Assembly (NCBI RefSeq): GCF_036321535.1 | Contig: NC_087436.1 | Coordinates: 59,770,001-59,834,000 of the forward strand | Direction: 5' to 3' | DNA length: 64,000 bases | Source: Camelus dromedarius | Lineage: Eukaryota | The notes under the pieces: model-generated | Told to the model about the DNA's origin: nothing | The model's input: only the letters and a program-made list of their open reading frames with translations | Databases searched by the model: none | Position numbers and translations under genes: made by a program | Part shown: piece by piece, positions 27,962 to 40,800 of the stretch | Layout: every line of letters starts with the position of its first letter | Position numbering within the stretch: the stretch's first letter is position 1

Positions 27962-28400
27962 TGTAGTTGATATCTGGTGTTTTTGCCTCCAACATCCAAT
28001 TCATTTCACTGTGTTAACATTTGAATTTTCCTTTGGGGAGTGATTTCTCCTAGACTCTCAATCCCATTTGTTTTGAGTAGTGCTGATCCAATGTCCTTGA
28101 AATAGTTGTGAGCTTTTAACCAGGGCCTAGCCAACCTTTCCCATTGGACACCAAAAAGCACAAGAGCCAATGATGCTCAAATCTGGGAACTGTGTTGGAA
28201 TTTTGATAAAAAGATGCTTTCATTCAGCTCATGCTGCTAAGGTCAGAGAATGTGTTTCCATCTGAACTGACAGAGGCCACCAAGTAGATGGGACACCCCT
28301 AGAAACAAACCCAGTGCAGAGTCAATACAAGAAATGGAGAGAAAGAAACTGAGTCCTAAAGGCATTTTTGACATATTCATAACCTAGTTCTACATGGGCA
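27962..28400 (+). mobile_element. Old ERVL/MaLR-type LTR fragment
   Basis: Has a tgtagttgata start and a degenerate LTR-like, more GC-rich body (gaaatggagagaaagaaactgagtccta). Confidence 0.45.
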
Positions 28401-28659
28401 AATAGTTTTCAAAAACCAATATGCCTAAGATTTAACCAATATGCTTGGGAAGTTGCAAGTTATAGAATCTAAAATTTGGAATTAATTGTTAAATTAATTT
28501 CTAAATTTTGAGGGACTCAGATTATAAATTTTTTTGAATTTGGAGCTTCATGAGATTCGGTTAAAAAACTCCTTGATATAAGAAAATATAAGACTGTATT
28601 TACTTATCCCTTTTAAATTATATATAGGTATTACATACATTTAAATATATATTTAAATT

Positions 28660-29060
28660 TACTTTTGACTAGTAACACATTCATATAGTTCAAAATTCAA
28701 AAGGCACAATATCTTTTTCCAGGAAAAGATTTCTCTTCCACTTCTAGTCCTCAGCCACCCAGAAGTCACAAATCTTACCAATTTATTGCATAACTTTCTA
28801 CAGATATTTTATGTATATAATAGAAACACACACATCTATATATCTATATCTACATATACACATATATAGTCATTTTTTTCTTCCATACATACAGGATAAT
28901 GTGTTCTTCAACTGGCCTTTTCAAATTACCATGTATTTGTATGTAATACGTTTCCTCATTCTTTTATATGGCTGTAAAATATTTCATTTTATGGATATAT
29001 CATAATAAAGTTAACCAGTGCTGCATCCCCACTCTTTTGCTATTACAAACACTGTCTCAC
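28660..29060 (-). mobile_element. Old L1ME-like 3' UTR fragment
   Basis: Degenerate motifs catatagttcaaaattcaaaagg, cctcattcttttatatggctgtaaaatatttcatt and cttttgctattacaaac. Confidence 0.6.
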
Positions 29061-29548
29061 CATGTATTCTCTACTTCAAAAGACCTTTAGTACAGATTCA
29101 CAAGGTAAACAATAGCTCTGGTTGAAGTTCACCTTCTTAAAATCACAGAGATTTTTTTAAAATCATAACTAAAAAATCTCTTGCTGCCTGATATCAATAA
29201 TCAAAGATAGTTGAGAGCAACAATATCCCAATAAATGTCTGGCTCAGTGTTGAGTTAGCTTTGCTTTTAACCCTACTCTGATTTTGTGATCAATCCTAGT
29301 TACTACTCATTACTTCATTGCTTTGTCACTAAATCAAAGCTGTGACCAAACCCCAAAGTAACCTAAATTACTTGGCTATAACAAAGATATAAACTAGCTC
29401 ATTCTTTCAGACTGAATCCCACAGGAGAAATCAGGACTCAGTTAGCAGTTTGTAAGTTTCAGAAATTAAATTATATCAACTCAAACAGGGACAAGTAGAT
29501 TTTGTTGGGATGATTCAGAATAACTAAATAAATAAGATACTGTTCTTA

Positions 29549-29616
29549 GAATGACAATCTCCAAGTCCATCCATGTTGCTGGACTAGACTTCAATTTTAA
29601 AAAAAAAAAGAGAGAG
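29549..29616 (+). mobile_element. Ultra-short L1 insertion with a 5' inversion and TSD
   Basis: 29545-29581 is antisense L1 ORF2-end sequence. It is followed by a sense L1 terminus, A11 and (GA)n. The flanks are agatactgttctta and agagactgttctta. Confidence 0.85.
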
Positions 29617-29769
29617 AGAGACTGTTCTTAATCAGATACTAGGTAACATATTAACTAACAACAAAATCTAAACTTGGCTTAAGAAGTCAGGGTGGCAACC
29701 TATTTGAGTTGTTTCCTTTTAGTAAAGAGAACCATTCAGAAACCATATTATGGAGCAGAAGATTTGTTG

Positions 29770-30260
29770 TGTGAATGAAAATACTGCAACCATATCAGTA
29801 AACAAAGAATGCTGAAACCAAGTCATCAGCGGCTGCCACCCCACCCCCCCCACCCCCCCACCCCCCGTGAGGACAGGCCTGCAGCCCAGCCTCTGCAGCC
29901 ACTCACAATGGTGCACTCTGAGGGGACTCAGAATAAGAAAGGACAGGATACTGGCCCTAGATAGCTAGGTGCTTGTCAAAGGAATGAATTCAATGAGCCC
30001 AAATGTTTGCTTCCTCCCATACATAGAAAAGCACTAAATTCTTTAACTTGAGGTGCCTGGTTTTCTTTAGATAACAAGTAATCTTTTATTGTTCCAACTA
30101 CCTGGTATTTGTTGTAAAGCTCCTATATATTTTAGCTCCTCCCCTACCTCTTCAGAGCAGTCCCTCAGAGGATCTGAGAGGCTGTCATCCAGGCTTGAGT
30201 CCTCCCGCCAAATAAAATATAACTCTTAACTTTTAGGCTGCGCATTTATTTCAGTCGACA
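29770..30260 (+). mobile_element. ERV1-class solo LTR with a 4-bp TSD
   Basis: Begins TG and ends CA, with GTTG at 29766-29769 and 30261-30264. It has a TATA-like ctatata near 30123 and AATAAA near 30211. Confidence 0.9.
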
Positions 30261-30451
30261 GTTGTTAAGTATTAAGTTAGAAAAAAGTAGTAACTGGATT
30301 CTCCCAAAGTATGCTTTATATCAAGCTATGGTAAATGTATAAAGAAACACGAATCATTTACATTCCAAGAGCTTCCTACTTCAAGCAGTGCTAGAGCTTC
30401 ACCATCATGACAAAATCCGTATTATCTCATTTGTTTAAAAATTTAAAAGTC

Positions 30452-31577
30452 TTAGAAGAAATAAAAGCAAGAATAAACAAATGGGACCTAATGAAACTTA
30501 CAAGCTTCTGCACAGCAAAGGAAACCATAAGTAAAACAAGAAGAAAACCTACAGAATGGGAGAAAATTTTTGCAAGTGAAACCGACAAAGGCCTGATCTC
30601 CAGAATATATAAGCAGCTCATATGACTCAATAAGAAAAAAATAAACAACCCAGTCCAAAAATGGGCAGAAGACCTAAACAAGCGATTCTCCAAGGAAGAA
30701 ATACAAATGATCAATAGACATGTAAAAAAATGCTCAATATCACTAAATATCAGAGAAATGCAAATCAAAACTACAATGAGGTATCACCTCACACCAGTCA
30801 GAATGGCCATCATTCAGAAATCCACAAATGACAAATGCTGGAGAGGCTATGGAGAAAAGGGAGCCCTCCTTCACTGCTGGTGGGAATGCAGTTTGGTGCA
30901 GCCACTGTGGAAAACAGAATGGAGAGTCCTCAAAAGACTAGGAATAGATTTACCATATTACCCAGGAATCCCACTCCTGGGCATATATCCAGAAGGAACC
31001 CTACTTCAGGATGACACATGCACCCCAATGTTCCTAGCAGCACTATTTACAATAGCCAAGACATGGAAACAGCCTAAATGTCCATCAACAGATGACTGGA
31101 TAAAGAAGATGTGGTATATTTATACAATGGAATACTACTCAGCCATAAAAACCAACAACATAACGCTATTTGCAGCAACATGGATGCTCCTGGAGAATGT
31201 CATTCTAAGTGAAGTAAGCCAGAAAGAGAAAGAAAAATACCATATGAGATCGCTCATATGTGGAATCTAAAAACAAACAAACAAACAAAGCATAAATACA
31301 AAACAGAAATAAACTCATAGACATAGAATACAAACTTGTGGTTGCCAAGGGGGCAGGGGGTGGGAAGAGATAGACTGGGATTTCAAAATTGTAGACTAGA
31401 TAAATAAGACTATACTGTATAGCACAGGGAAATATATATAAGATCTTATGGTAGCTCACAGAGAAAAAAATGTGATAATGAATATATATATGTTCATGTA
31501 TAATTGAAAAATTGTGCTCTACACTGGAATTTGACACAACATTATAAAATGATTATAAGTCAATAAAAAATGTTAAA
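30452..31577 (+). mobile_element. Young 5'-truncated LINE-1 (camelid-type): ORF2 C-terminus, 3' UTR and A-tail with a 15-bp TSD
   Basis: ORFs 30407-30625 and 30707-31270 are in the same frame and encode the L1 ORF2 C-terminus ([43 protein letters not shown]). A single TGA at 30623-30625 splits them. AATAAA and an A-tail end the element. The TSD AAAAATTTAAAAGTC lies at 30437-30451 and 31578-31592, with a TT/AAAA endonuclease site. Confidence 0.97.
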
Positions 31578-33899
31578 AAAAATTTAAAAGTCAATTTCCA
31601 AAAGCACAATGACTTCATGCCAGACACACTACAATGTAATTTAAGATAGAAATAGCTAATCTTATTAGCAATATATTTCTTTAAACCAGCCTATTTTTGT
31701 TGATGATGGTATTGGTTACCTCAGCAATGACTAAGCTTATTCATTTTAATTTTGCTTTTGTTTTTCTCCAATTTTAAGAAACTACAGTTTCTACTCATAT
31801 CCCAATTCTGGAAGTACATGATATTTGAACCTTAAAGTCCCTATTTCATTTCCCTAAGTTATTGTACAGATATTGTAAGGTTGAGTTTCTGTTTTTACAT
31901 ACTATTTCTCTCAAGGGGAGAAATTCTGTCCCTGATCTCTAGTCTCTAAGGCTGAATCCAAACCAGTTGTTGCTGCACCTCCTTATGACCTGAATCTCCA
32001 CTATCCCTTGATTTGTTTATTTTCTCAAACATTCTTGGTACGTTCTGCTGCTGCCACAGCTGAAACTATGGTCTTACTTCATTAACAACATTTAACAAGC
32101 AGTAATGAGAATCTAACACAAACCAGATTTTATGATGTACGTTTAATAAAAATAGTCCCTACTTCCAGTTATCTTAAATTCATCAGAGGAGATAAACAAG
32201 TGTGAAAAGTACAAATGAGAAAAAGGAATTCCTAAGTAAATAGATAGATAAACAAACAAAAATCTAATTGTTCAAGATAATCATTGATTTAATATGTGTG
32301 TATGTACTTTTTTCCCCAGTTTTTTTCTGTCAATGTAATTGATTGGAATAAATGCACATTCTCTGTTTTAAATTTTTCCCCCAACTACATTCTCAGGAGT
32401 TTTCTCACATCAAATATTTTCCTTCAGTGTACTTTCTGACAAAGGCATGAAATTCCATCATACAAGTATAACTTTATTCATAAGTCTCCTAATTTTTGAC
32501 ATCCTGGCATCTCCATTCTTTTCTTTACAATTACCTCTGTGATGATATTCTTAAAACAGATCTGTGATTATTTCTTTTAACACATTTGTAGAATTATAAA
32601 TTCTCAATTAAAGAATACGCACATAACTGGCTAACTTCACACATAGTATCAAAATTCTTTCAAAGCTAGTGTACTGACTTTTACTTGAGAATTTTGAGAG
32701 TTATAAATTTTTTGCACCTTCAATAGGCAAAGAGAAATATATCAAATTACTTAATAGACTGTGACTTAACTGATTAGTTAAATGTTAGGTGGGAAAATAC
32801 AACTTTAAATTTCATTCAGATAACTTTAAATAAATTAAAACACTAAATATAAAAACAACCCCAAGAAGAACTTGAAGAAAATATAGGTAAACATTAGCTA
32901 TCAATTATAGAACGGGGAGGACTTTTCTAAACATAAACATAAATAAATCATAAAGTCAAAGACTGATATTTCTGATTATGTTTAATTTTCTGCATTTAAA
33001 GAAAATAAAATTATACATCAAATAAAACATTTGTAAATTTTAGAAGTTTGCGGGGAACACTTATTCTACATTCCTGGCTTTTCCTTTCATGTAGAAGGAA
33101 CTCTCCTAGAGTTACACTCTCAGCTTCTCTGCCCAGCAAAGAAAGGACCACTTTCCTTGCTGGTAAGTTTGGGATGGATGAACTCAGTGTGCTTGAGTCA
33201 GCTCATTCCTCTTTCTTTTGCTAGCTGGATCACGTGCAGAGAGCCTGCGTTCTGTTCAACAGCTCTGCAGTCAGCTTTTTCCTGCTAAGGTCTGAGTGAG
33301 AGCCTTCAGCCTTAAATCCTAAGAGTTTTAACCTGGAAGGTTGCCTGCAGTTTATAGAGACTTTCCCCATGGACAAGGAGATATTTTTACATCTTTGTGA
33401 GTGTTAAGTGGTGGTCTGTGGGATGAATGGGCCTCAACAAAGCCTCTAGGCCCCAACAACATCAGAAAGACAATGTCCATTGTTAGTCTCAGCTAAAGCA
33501 CAGATGCCATGGCCTTAGGAGTTGCAAGTTGCTGCTGGTCGATTTTGAACTATAAGGAGCAGCTTTCCATTAGCAGATTTGGCTGGTGTAGTACTGAAAT
33601 GGAAGGAAAGAGCACCTTTCCATTCTTAGACCTTTTAAATGCTGATAAGTAGGACAGTGTTGGCAGCTTTCAAACTGGAAGACAGCTGAAATCTGTGTCT
33701 GCAAGAGAATGCTAGTAATATTCTAGCTTTAAATTCTAAGTGCAAGACCTAGTATTTAAAACTGGATATGTTGCCTGAAGTAGGTGGCTTCTAGAAAGGC
33801 CAGTGATCCCTTTTCTTGTATTTGCACTCTTGTATAATCCTCTCCCCTTGAGTGTGGACTGGATTTGGGAACTTGCCTAAAGTAAAATGTGGCAAAAGC

Positions 33900-34530
33900 T
33901 AGGTTAGAAGAGACTGCAGAATGGCAAGCTTGGAAGCTTAAGAAGGCGATTATAGTGAGATTAGAGCTGATGATGGGTTGGACAAGGTTTCATTATTATA
34001 GATGGTAAAAATTGGTTGGAGAATATGTAGATTTTGAAGGTAGAATGAAAAAATTTCCTGATGACTTGGACATGGACTTGGAGAGAAATAGGAGACAGGG
34101 ATGATTTCTAATGTTGTGCCTAAACAAACAGAAGGATTAAGTAGGAATTTATCAGAATAGGAAAGATGCGAAAGTAACACATTTGAAATGAAAAAAAAAA
34201 ACCAGTAATTCAGTTTGTTCAAGTTAAGTTTGAAATTCCAGTTGGACGTGGGAGTACAGATGTCAGGTAAGCACTTGGACACACTACCTGAGAGGATGGA
34301 GAACAAGATCATGAAAAAACAGTAGTTCAGGGAGCCGATATACCAAGATGAAGCAACAAATGGATACATAAAAGCTATTTCAGGAGTAATACTGGAAATA
34401 ATAAAAATAAATAAAGATTTATAATCTTTCAAGAATAGGGGGAGGACGGTGATGGAGGTCTAACAAAGACCACAATAAAGGGGGTAAGTAGTAGAATAGT
34501 CTGATGGACTTGAAGCTTTGAATCAAGAAG
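33900..34530 (-). mobile_element. LINE-2 fragment (continues briefly after 35104)
   Basis: Motifs gaatatgtagattttgaaggtaga, gatgatttctaatgtt and ttaagtttgaaattcc. Confidence 0.7.
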
Positions 34531-35103
34531 TGAGACAGGAGGGAAGGGGTCAGGGCACAACCACTGAAGGAATGACGCAGCAACTGAGGACAGGACAAAG
34601 TGGTTAGAACCAATGTGGCAGAAGATTCGACTTCCAGTAGAACTTGAGCCTCATGGCACACCCATAGGCGCCATGACAGTTCCTAGGTGGACCATAAAAG
34701 GTTAAGAACTGGAAATTCCCGACCCTTTCCCAAAATAATTGGAATAATCCTCCTACTCATTAGCATATGAAATTACTGAGCCCATAATACCTGTTGTTAC
34801 CCCACAACAGGTCTCTCTCTCTTGCTTTCTGTGATGGCCCATGCTCTGTCTATGGAGTGTGCATCTACTTTTACTTTAAACTAAACACCCCCATACCTCT
34901 CAATCTCTCTCCCCCTCGCCTTTGAGATGGCCCACATTCTGCCTATGGAATGTTAATCTCCTAAATTGCTCCCCCTTCTGAGTGAGACAGACCCCACTCT
35001 GTCTATGGAGTGTGTATCTCCCTGAATAAACTTACTTTCACTTTACTATGCCTCGCTTTTAAATTCTTTCCTGCGTGAGACAAGAACCTATTCTCCCGCA
35101 ACA
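34531..35103 (+). mobile_element. MER41-like ERV1 solo LTR nested in an L2
   Basis: TG...CA ends. MER41-type motifs are present (gcgccatgacagtt, gaataatcc.cc..tcattagcata, ctctgtctatggagt, aataaactt.ctttcacttta, aaattctttcctgcg.gag..aagaacc). L2 sequence lies on both sides. Confidence 0.8.
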
Positions 35104-36039
35104 TTAGGGAGGCAGAAAAGACACTGGTCAAGAAACTGTAAGGAGTAGCAAGAGGGACATCTGCCTCTTCTCTAGACCCTATATCATGAGGGGTGTGGTC
35201 TTGAAAACATCCACCACATAGTTTATGTGACCTATTAACCAAAATGACTTCACCCAAATTATTCTTTCACAATCCATCTCAGAGGAGATAAGAAGTTTAG
35301 CATCTTCCTGTAGCAAATACCCCTACGACCAACTTAACCAATGTACTACAAAGGAAAACCAAAAAAGGGAATGAGGGGAATAAACAAAAAGTATTTACAT
35401 AAGCATTACATCCATTATCTAAATTTTGTTTTGCTGTGTTATATACTGCAATGTTTCTGAGAGTCACATATAGTTTACCTCTTTTTCCATATTTCATCCT
35501 TTTCCAGACTCCCTCAATTATCAAGTAACCTTGTCATGTTCACCAGAATCTGTGCAGTCCCAATAGCTAAATCCTGACCATGGAATTTTGGCATCTCTTT
35601 TGCTAAACTGGTAGCAGAGAACTTTCCTCCTAACACATCCCAAACTCATGTTCATTTACATTACACAAATCATCTGAAATTGGTCACCAGAAAGGATTAT
35701 TTACACTACAGAAGTTAGAAAATGTTATGAATTAGGGCATTTTTATTTGTTTATTGTTAACCATTTACCTGCATAGAACTGGACACAGTCAACACGCAAA
35801 CATACACCACATACGATTTATGAAAGACCTTAAGAGGGAGCAGATGAAGCTTTAATTCCATTTATTTATTTCTTTACGCCTTCACTCTTTAGAAGGAAAC
35901 AATCACAAAATACATGGGTAATGTCAATTGTTAAATAGGGCTTGTTTTGCAAACTCTGCCATTTTCTAAGTTTTCATCTGTATATGGGACTAAAGACTTG
36001 ATTTAAAACATCAGAACCTTGTCTACACTGTTGTATTTC

Positions 36040-36820
36040 CAGAGGTCCCCTCAGCTCAGTCTCTCCCCTCTCCAATCCTTCCCACACCCTAACACCAGAG
36101 GGATCTTTCTGAAACGTGGTACTGCATGCCCTTCCTTTGCTGAAAGGTTTCAACATTTCCCTTAGGCCATGGATGAATTCCACTTGCTTTAGGCTGGCAT
36201 TCAGGCCCTTCAAACTGAGAACAAAGTCCTGTTTTAGTTGCTTCACCCTTACTTAGCCTGAGTGAGTTCAACTTCCAAGACAAATTATCAGCTATATTTC
36301 TAACAGTCTTTTTAATCATAATCCTTCTCCTGACACTTAACTTGCTTTCAGTTTTTACGACCTCTTCACCAAAACATTTGGAAATGCCCTTCTCCAGTAA
36401 CCCTAGTATCCAAATTTCATTTACAGTTCAGCTCAGATGCCCAATCCTCCATGAAAACTTCTCTAGTCCTTTCAACAGTAAGCGACACTGCAATACCCTG
36501 AATTCCTGTAGCACATTATCTGTGCCCTTTGGGGGCTCTTATAATATTTTAACTTATCACATTTTGGGGGTATGTATCTTACTTCCTTTCTAGATTTCAA
36601 GGTCCCTGTGGGTAGTGTCCTTATTTTACACATGTATTCCTTAGAGTGCGGAATAAAAAGGCTTTCACATAGCAGATACTAGAAAACAAAAACAAAAACA
36701 TAGATCAATTTCCTCCTTTTATACTCCTTTGTAAAAAGCTTCTCAGGTCATCCTTATTTGCCACCAAGATTGAGAATATTTAGGTTACATGAATGAATAG
36801 ATCAATGAATGCTGAATTTG
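36040..36820 (+). mobile_element. LINE-2 3' region
   Basis: Motifs ccagagggatctttctgaaa, ggcattcaggcccttca and cagctcagatgcc. Confidence 0.65.
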
Positions 36821-37249
36821 GTCATATTTTTTGAAAGGTTTCCTAAAGATTTGTTCAAGAAGCAAATAAATGGGCTTCTTGGGGGTGGGGGTGGGGATGT
36901 AGTATCTGGATAAAAGAGTAGGTAAGAATCAGCATTTTATTATGGATTGCTTTAGAGGATACATGAAGGAAGGATACAAAAGAAGGAATTTTCGTTTCAT
37001 TTTTGTTTGTTGAACCACTGCTTTACTCCTGTGTTTTTAACCTGTGTTAATACTTGGCATGAATTCTTTTGAAATATTGCTTATTATTTTGTGAAATAAT
37101 CTAACCAGAAAGAGGACAATTTAAAAGATCAACTATGATCTGGTTTTCATCTACCTTACTGGCTTCATTCCAGACATTTTTATTTCATTTCTTTCTTTTC
37201 ATTTTCAAATTTACAGGTTTGTAGAGGATCCTGAAAATTATGATACAAA

Positions 37250-37402
37250 ACAGTTAATCACCTAACGTACTCTATTAAATACTAATTTGGGCCCCAGTGC
37301 AGAGATTCTGACTCAGTAAGTCTGTGACACGGTCTGGGCATCCAAAACTTTCTTTCTTCAGACAGCCTGCAGACCCTGCCGTGGTAGTAAGAACCTGCTG
37401 CA
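37250..37402. mobile_element. MER5-like hAT-Charlie fragment
   Basis: Reads gggcccca..cagagattctgactcagtaagtctg...tgggcatc...agaacctgctg. Confidence 0.55.
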
Positions 37403-37629
37403 GTTTTTGCAGACATCCACTGGTCTCACAGCCCTTTGCCCTCACTAAATCTCTTCTCTTATCCCCCAAAGCTCTTTCAACTGTTCCTGTTCCTGGCCCC
37501 CCCCACCATAAGAATTTCCTTTTCCTTCACCGTACAGCCCTTAACTAGCATATTCCTACTCATTTCTTGAGGTGCAATTCAGCATCACCTCTGCTGCAAC
37601 CACATGTAGACGTGTCTGCCTCTTTTGTT

Positions 37630-37860
37630 CAAGTGAGACTGAGGCTGCTTGGTTTCAACTTCAGCTCAGGAAGTTATTAACTGTGTTACTTTAGGCATGT
37701 TACCCATCTTTTCTGGGCAGCAGTTTTGTCTTCTGTAAAATGGAGATGGTAATAGAACCCACTCTTAAGGGTTCCTGGGAAGAATAAGTGAGAGGAAACT
37801 ACTAAAAACACAGCAGACACAACTAAAGAGCTAGAGAAGTGCTAGCCTTTCGTTATTATC
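37630..37860 (+). mobile_element. MIR SINE
   Basis: Reads actgtgttactttaggcatgttac...cagttttgtcttctgtaaaatggagatggtaata. Confidence 0.7.
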
Positions 37861-40800
37861 ATGTCACATTGAAATTATTTATTTATGTGTCTGTTTGCTA
37901 AAACTGTGAGCCAACTTCAGGACAGGTTTGTGATCTGTATCTTTATATCACAGAAACTACCAGCATTATTCAGATAGGATTTATTTTGTCATTTATTACT
38001 ATGGTTTATTTTTATAAATGTAGGTAATAAGGTTAAAAACAAAACCAGGTGTTTAAACTACTTTTGAAAGCTCTTGTTTTGTAAGTTCTGCTTAATAATA
38101 CTTAAATAGATTTCTGTTTATAGCTTTAAAAAATTAGCAGTTTCTCAATTAATTTTAACTAAATACTCAGCATGTTAGAATATCCATCCTGTCATCCACC
38201 TGGATAAATATATAACAAAAACAATGAAGTATTTTTATGAATGATTGTTGAATGTGGAATGGCTTGGCAGGAGCTAATCAGTTAATATGAATGTAAATAA
38301 ATTCAGCCACAAGACACAGGTGCACAGATCTGTGGACATTATTCACCCTGACTGGTTGCACACTTTATTTTCAATTAAAACAAAATTTAAAAAATCAGCA
38401 TGATGTTAATCCAACTCTAATGTTCACTGCCTATAAATTAAAATTGATAGTTGGAATATAAGCTTTATATCTGGGAAAAGGAACCAATGAGTTTTTAGTA
38501 AGAGTAGTTATTTCAAGAAAACACACCATTCAAATTAATTTAAATATTAATAATTGAATAAATTTAAGTAGTAGTGAAGAATTCAATTACTGTGCTAGGT
38601 CACCTATATCTTTTGACCAATAATTGCTCTAAATAATCTTAATCTGACTATGTTCATTTAATACCAACAGTGCTTGCACTCAAAGTATGATGAAAATTTT
38701 GTACCATGATGTAAAGAAAATTCTTTGAAAAATTATAAATATCATTACCAGGGTATCAAGATATAAATACTTGGTTTAATAATATCAGTAAGTAAAACAA
38801 AATGTACTAATGTGAACAGTATTTTTTACCTCCACAAATTCATAAACTGTCGACATTCATTTAAATGAGCTACTGAATGTCATGTAAAAACAGACCAACC
38901 TCACATGAACCTAGACAATCACAATGCTTGCCTTGGCACTTTCCTCCTATGTGAACAAAAGATTTACTTCCATCCTTAACCCCATTCTAGATCTAATACT
39001 CTATGATACTTTAAGGAATATCATCTACCCAAAGAGTAAACTAATAAAGAGGGTCTTAAAATCCATTTCTGCTTCGAGTTCAGGACTTTCACATGATATC
39101 TTATATATTGAAAATGTGCAAAGAAGTGAGATCTTATCATTGAACAGGTCAACGATTTGGTTTACAAATTGATTCTTTCAATATTTTATTGTATTAGATA
39201 CATTTTAAATCTTCTTTAGACTCACAAGTCACAAAATTCCTCATTTATGCTAGGTGAATTTATCAAGCTCACATTATCTGAGGCTTTTATTCAAAGTACG
39301 TGCCCTCAAATTTAACATTTTATTTTTCAATTGTACATCTTTTAGTTCCCTTATGGTTGCCAAAATATATAGAGATCAAAAATTCTGGATCAGGCAAAAA
39401 AATCATTTTTTTCCAATTCTGGCCTTCTCTTTAAATGCCCTCTGAAAGCAAAAGAAGGCAATATTAATAAAGAATGCATTATATTGGTAAATTGTAGCTC
39501 ACTGGCATTCAGATTTGGCAGTATAATAAGTGATTTCCAAACATCTTTTCTTCTCTATAAAATTTAGGATTGTAGTCAGCTTTTTAAGAACACAGTATTT
39601 AAATTGGTTTCATAAATTAAAGCACACACAGAAACACACACACACCCCTAAACACACATGCACATCATGTAGCGAGAAAGTGCTCAATATCCTGGCTTAA
39701 TGGAGCTTTTTACACTGAAGGGAACATTTGGCAGAGATTGCCACATTTAATAAGTGCTCTAACTCTTTGTAAGGTTGAAAAAGATTTTAAGAGTTAAATC
39801 TCAGCTCTGAAAACTTGCTTAGGAAAACAAACCAAACAAACATGAAGCCATTTTCCATGCCCCCAAAAAACAGAACATTTTGAACCATTAAGTTGGTCTA
39901 CGGTACAAAACATTCACTGGCACTAAAAGCTGGTATGACGAACACAAAGGAACTATACTGAAATTGTCTTTCCTAATTTCTATTGACCTTTTCTCTCAAT
40001 TAAGAAGGGAAAGTTACCATCATCCTTCAGACTAAGTAAATTAGCTGCTCAGCCAACATTAAGTGACTGCTCACCCAATTTCGACAACTTCCTGAATATA
40101 AGGAGCCATGAAAAAGCTCATAACACAAACAGAATTTTTCTACCAGAAAAAGAAATAAGTTGTGCTTTTAATCACTAAAATTTGAATGTTCCAACTTTGG
40201 TTCAATAAAATTGAGGGTTATTAACATATGTAAATTAGTTATCGAAGTACCTAATTCATGATAGATGCTCAATAATTATTACTATTTCCACTCAATAAGG
40301 ATGATATTGCAAACACTGGGATTTCTTTGAAATACTGACTCCTAGTTCAGTTTCCTTTACCTGCCACACTAGCCATTATTCTCCTTCAGTTCATTTGTCC
40401 CAGTTAAGACTATGAGAATAAACATGAATTTCTAAATTGCCATGGCACTTTCATTGTTACAAAAGGATTGTTCACAGAATTTTTGACATGTGTGCCTTTT
40501 TTTCTGATTACTAAATTATAAAGGATAGGAATTTCCCTTCCTCCCTTCCCTCCCTCCTTTCCCCTCTTCTTCTTTCTTTTCCTTCCTTCCCATAGTAGTT
40601 AGTACTGTGCAAGGCATGCATTAGACACTTACGGAATGGATTGGCTTTGGTGTATTATTGACAGCGTAACTTCAGAGTATCAGAAAAACCTAGAGAATTA
40701 AGAAATAATTTTGACCCATATCTTATTTTATAAGAAACTGAAACCTGGCGAGTTTCCCAAAAGTTACACAATCATTAACTGCAAAATATGATAAGAACTA

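Noticed and set aside
28639..28658. Perfect 20-bp palindrome ATTTAAATATATATTTAAAT
   Set aside because: It is AT-only and unsurprising at this base composition.
30707..31270. 187-aa ORF as a host gene
   Set aside because: It is the L1 ORF2 C-terminal fragment inside a 5'-truncated, TSD-bounded insertion.
30427..31537. Minus-strand ORFs 30427-30768 and 31205-31537 (also 5578-5907)
   Set aside because: They are antisense frames of L1 ORF2/3' UTR, a common source of spurious hydrophobic ORFs.
33950..34661. 160-aa and 80-aa minus-strand ORFs
   Set aside because: They lie in decayed L2 and LTR sequence and have no recognisable domain.
36872..36896. GGG-N6-G5-T-G5-T-G4 possible quadruplex
   Set aside because: It is a common short motif, weaker than the 29836 example, with no other support.
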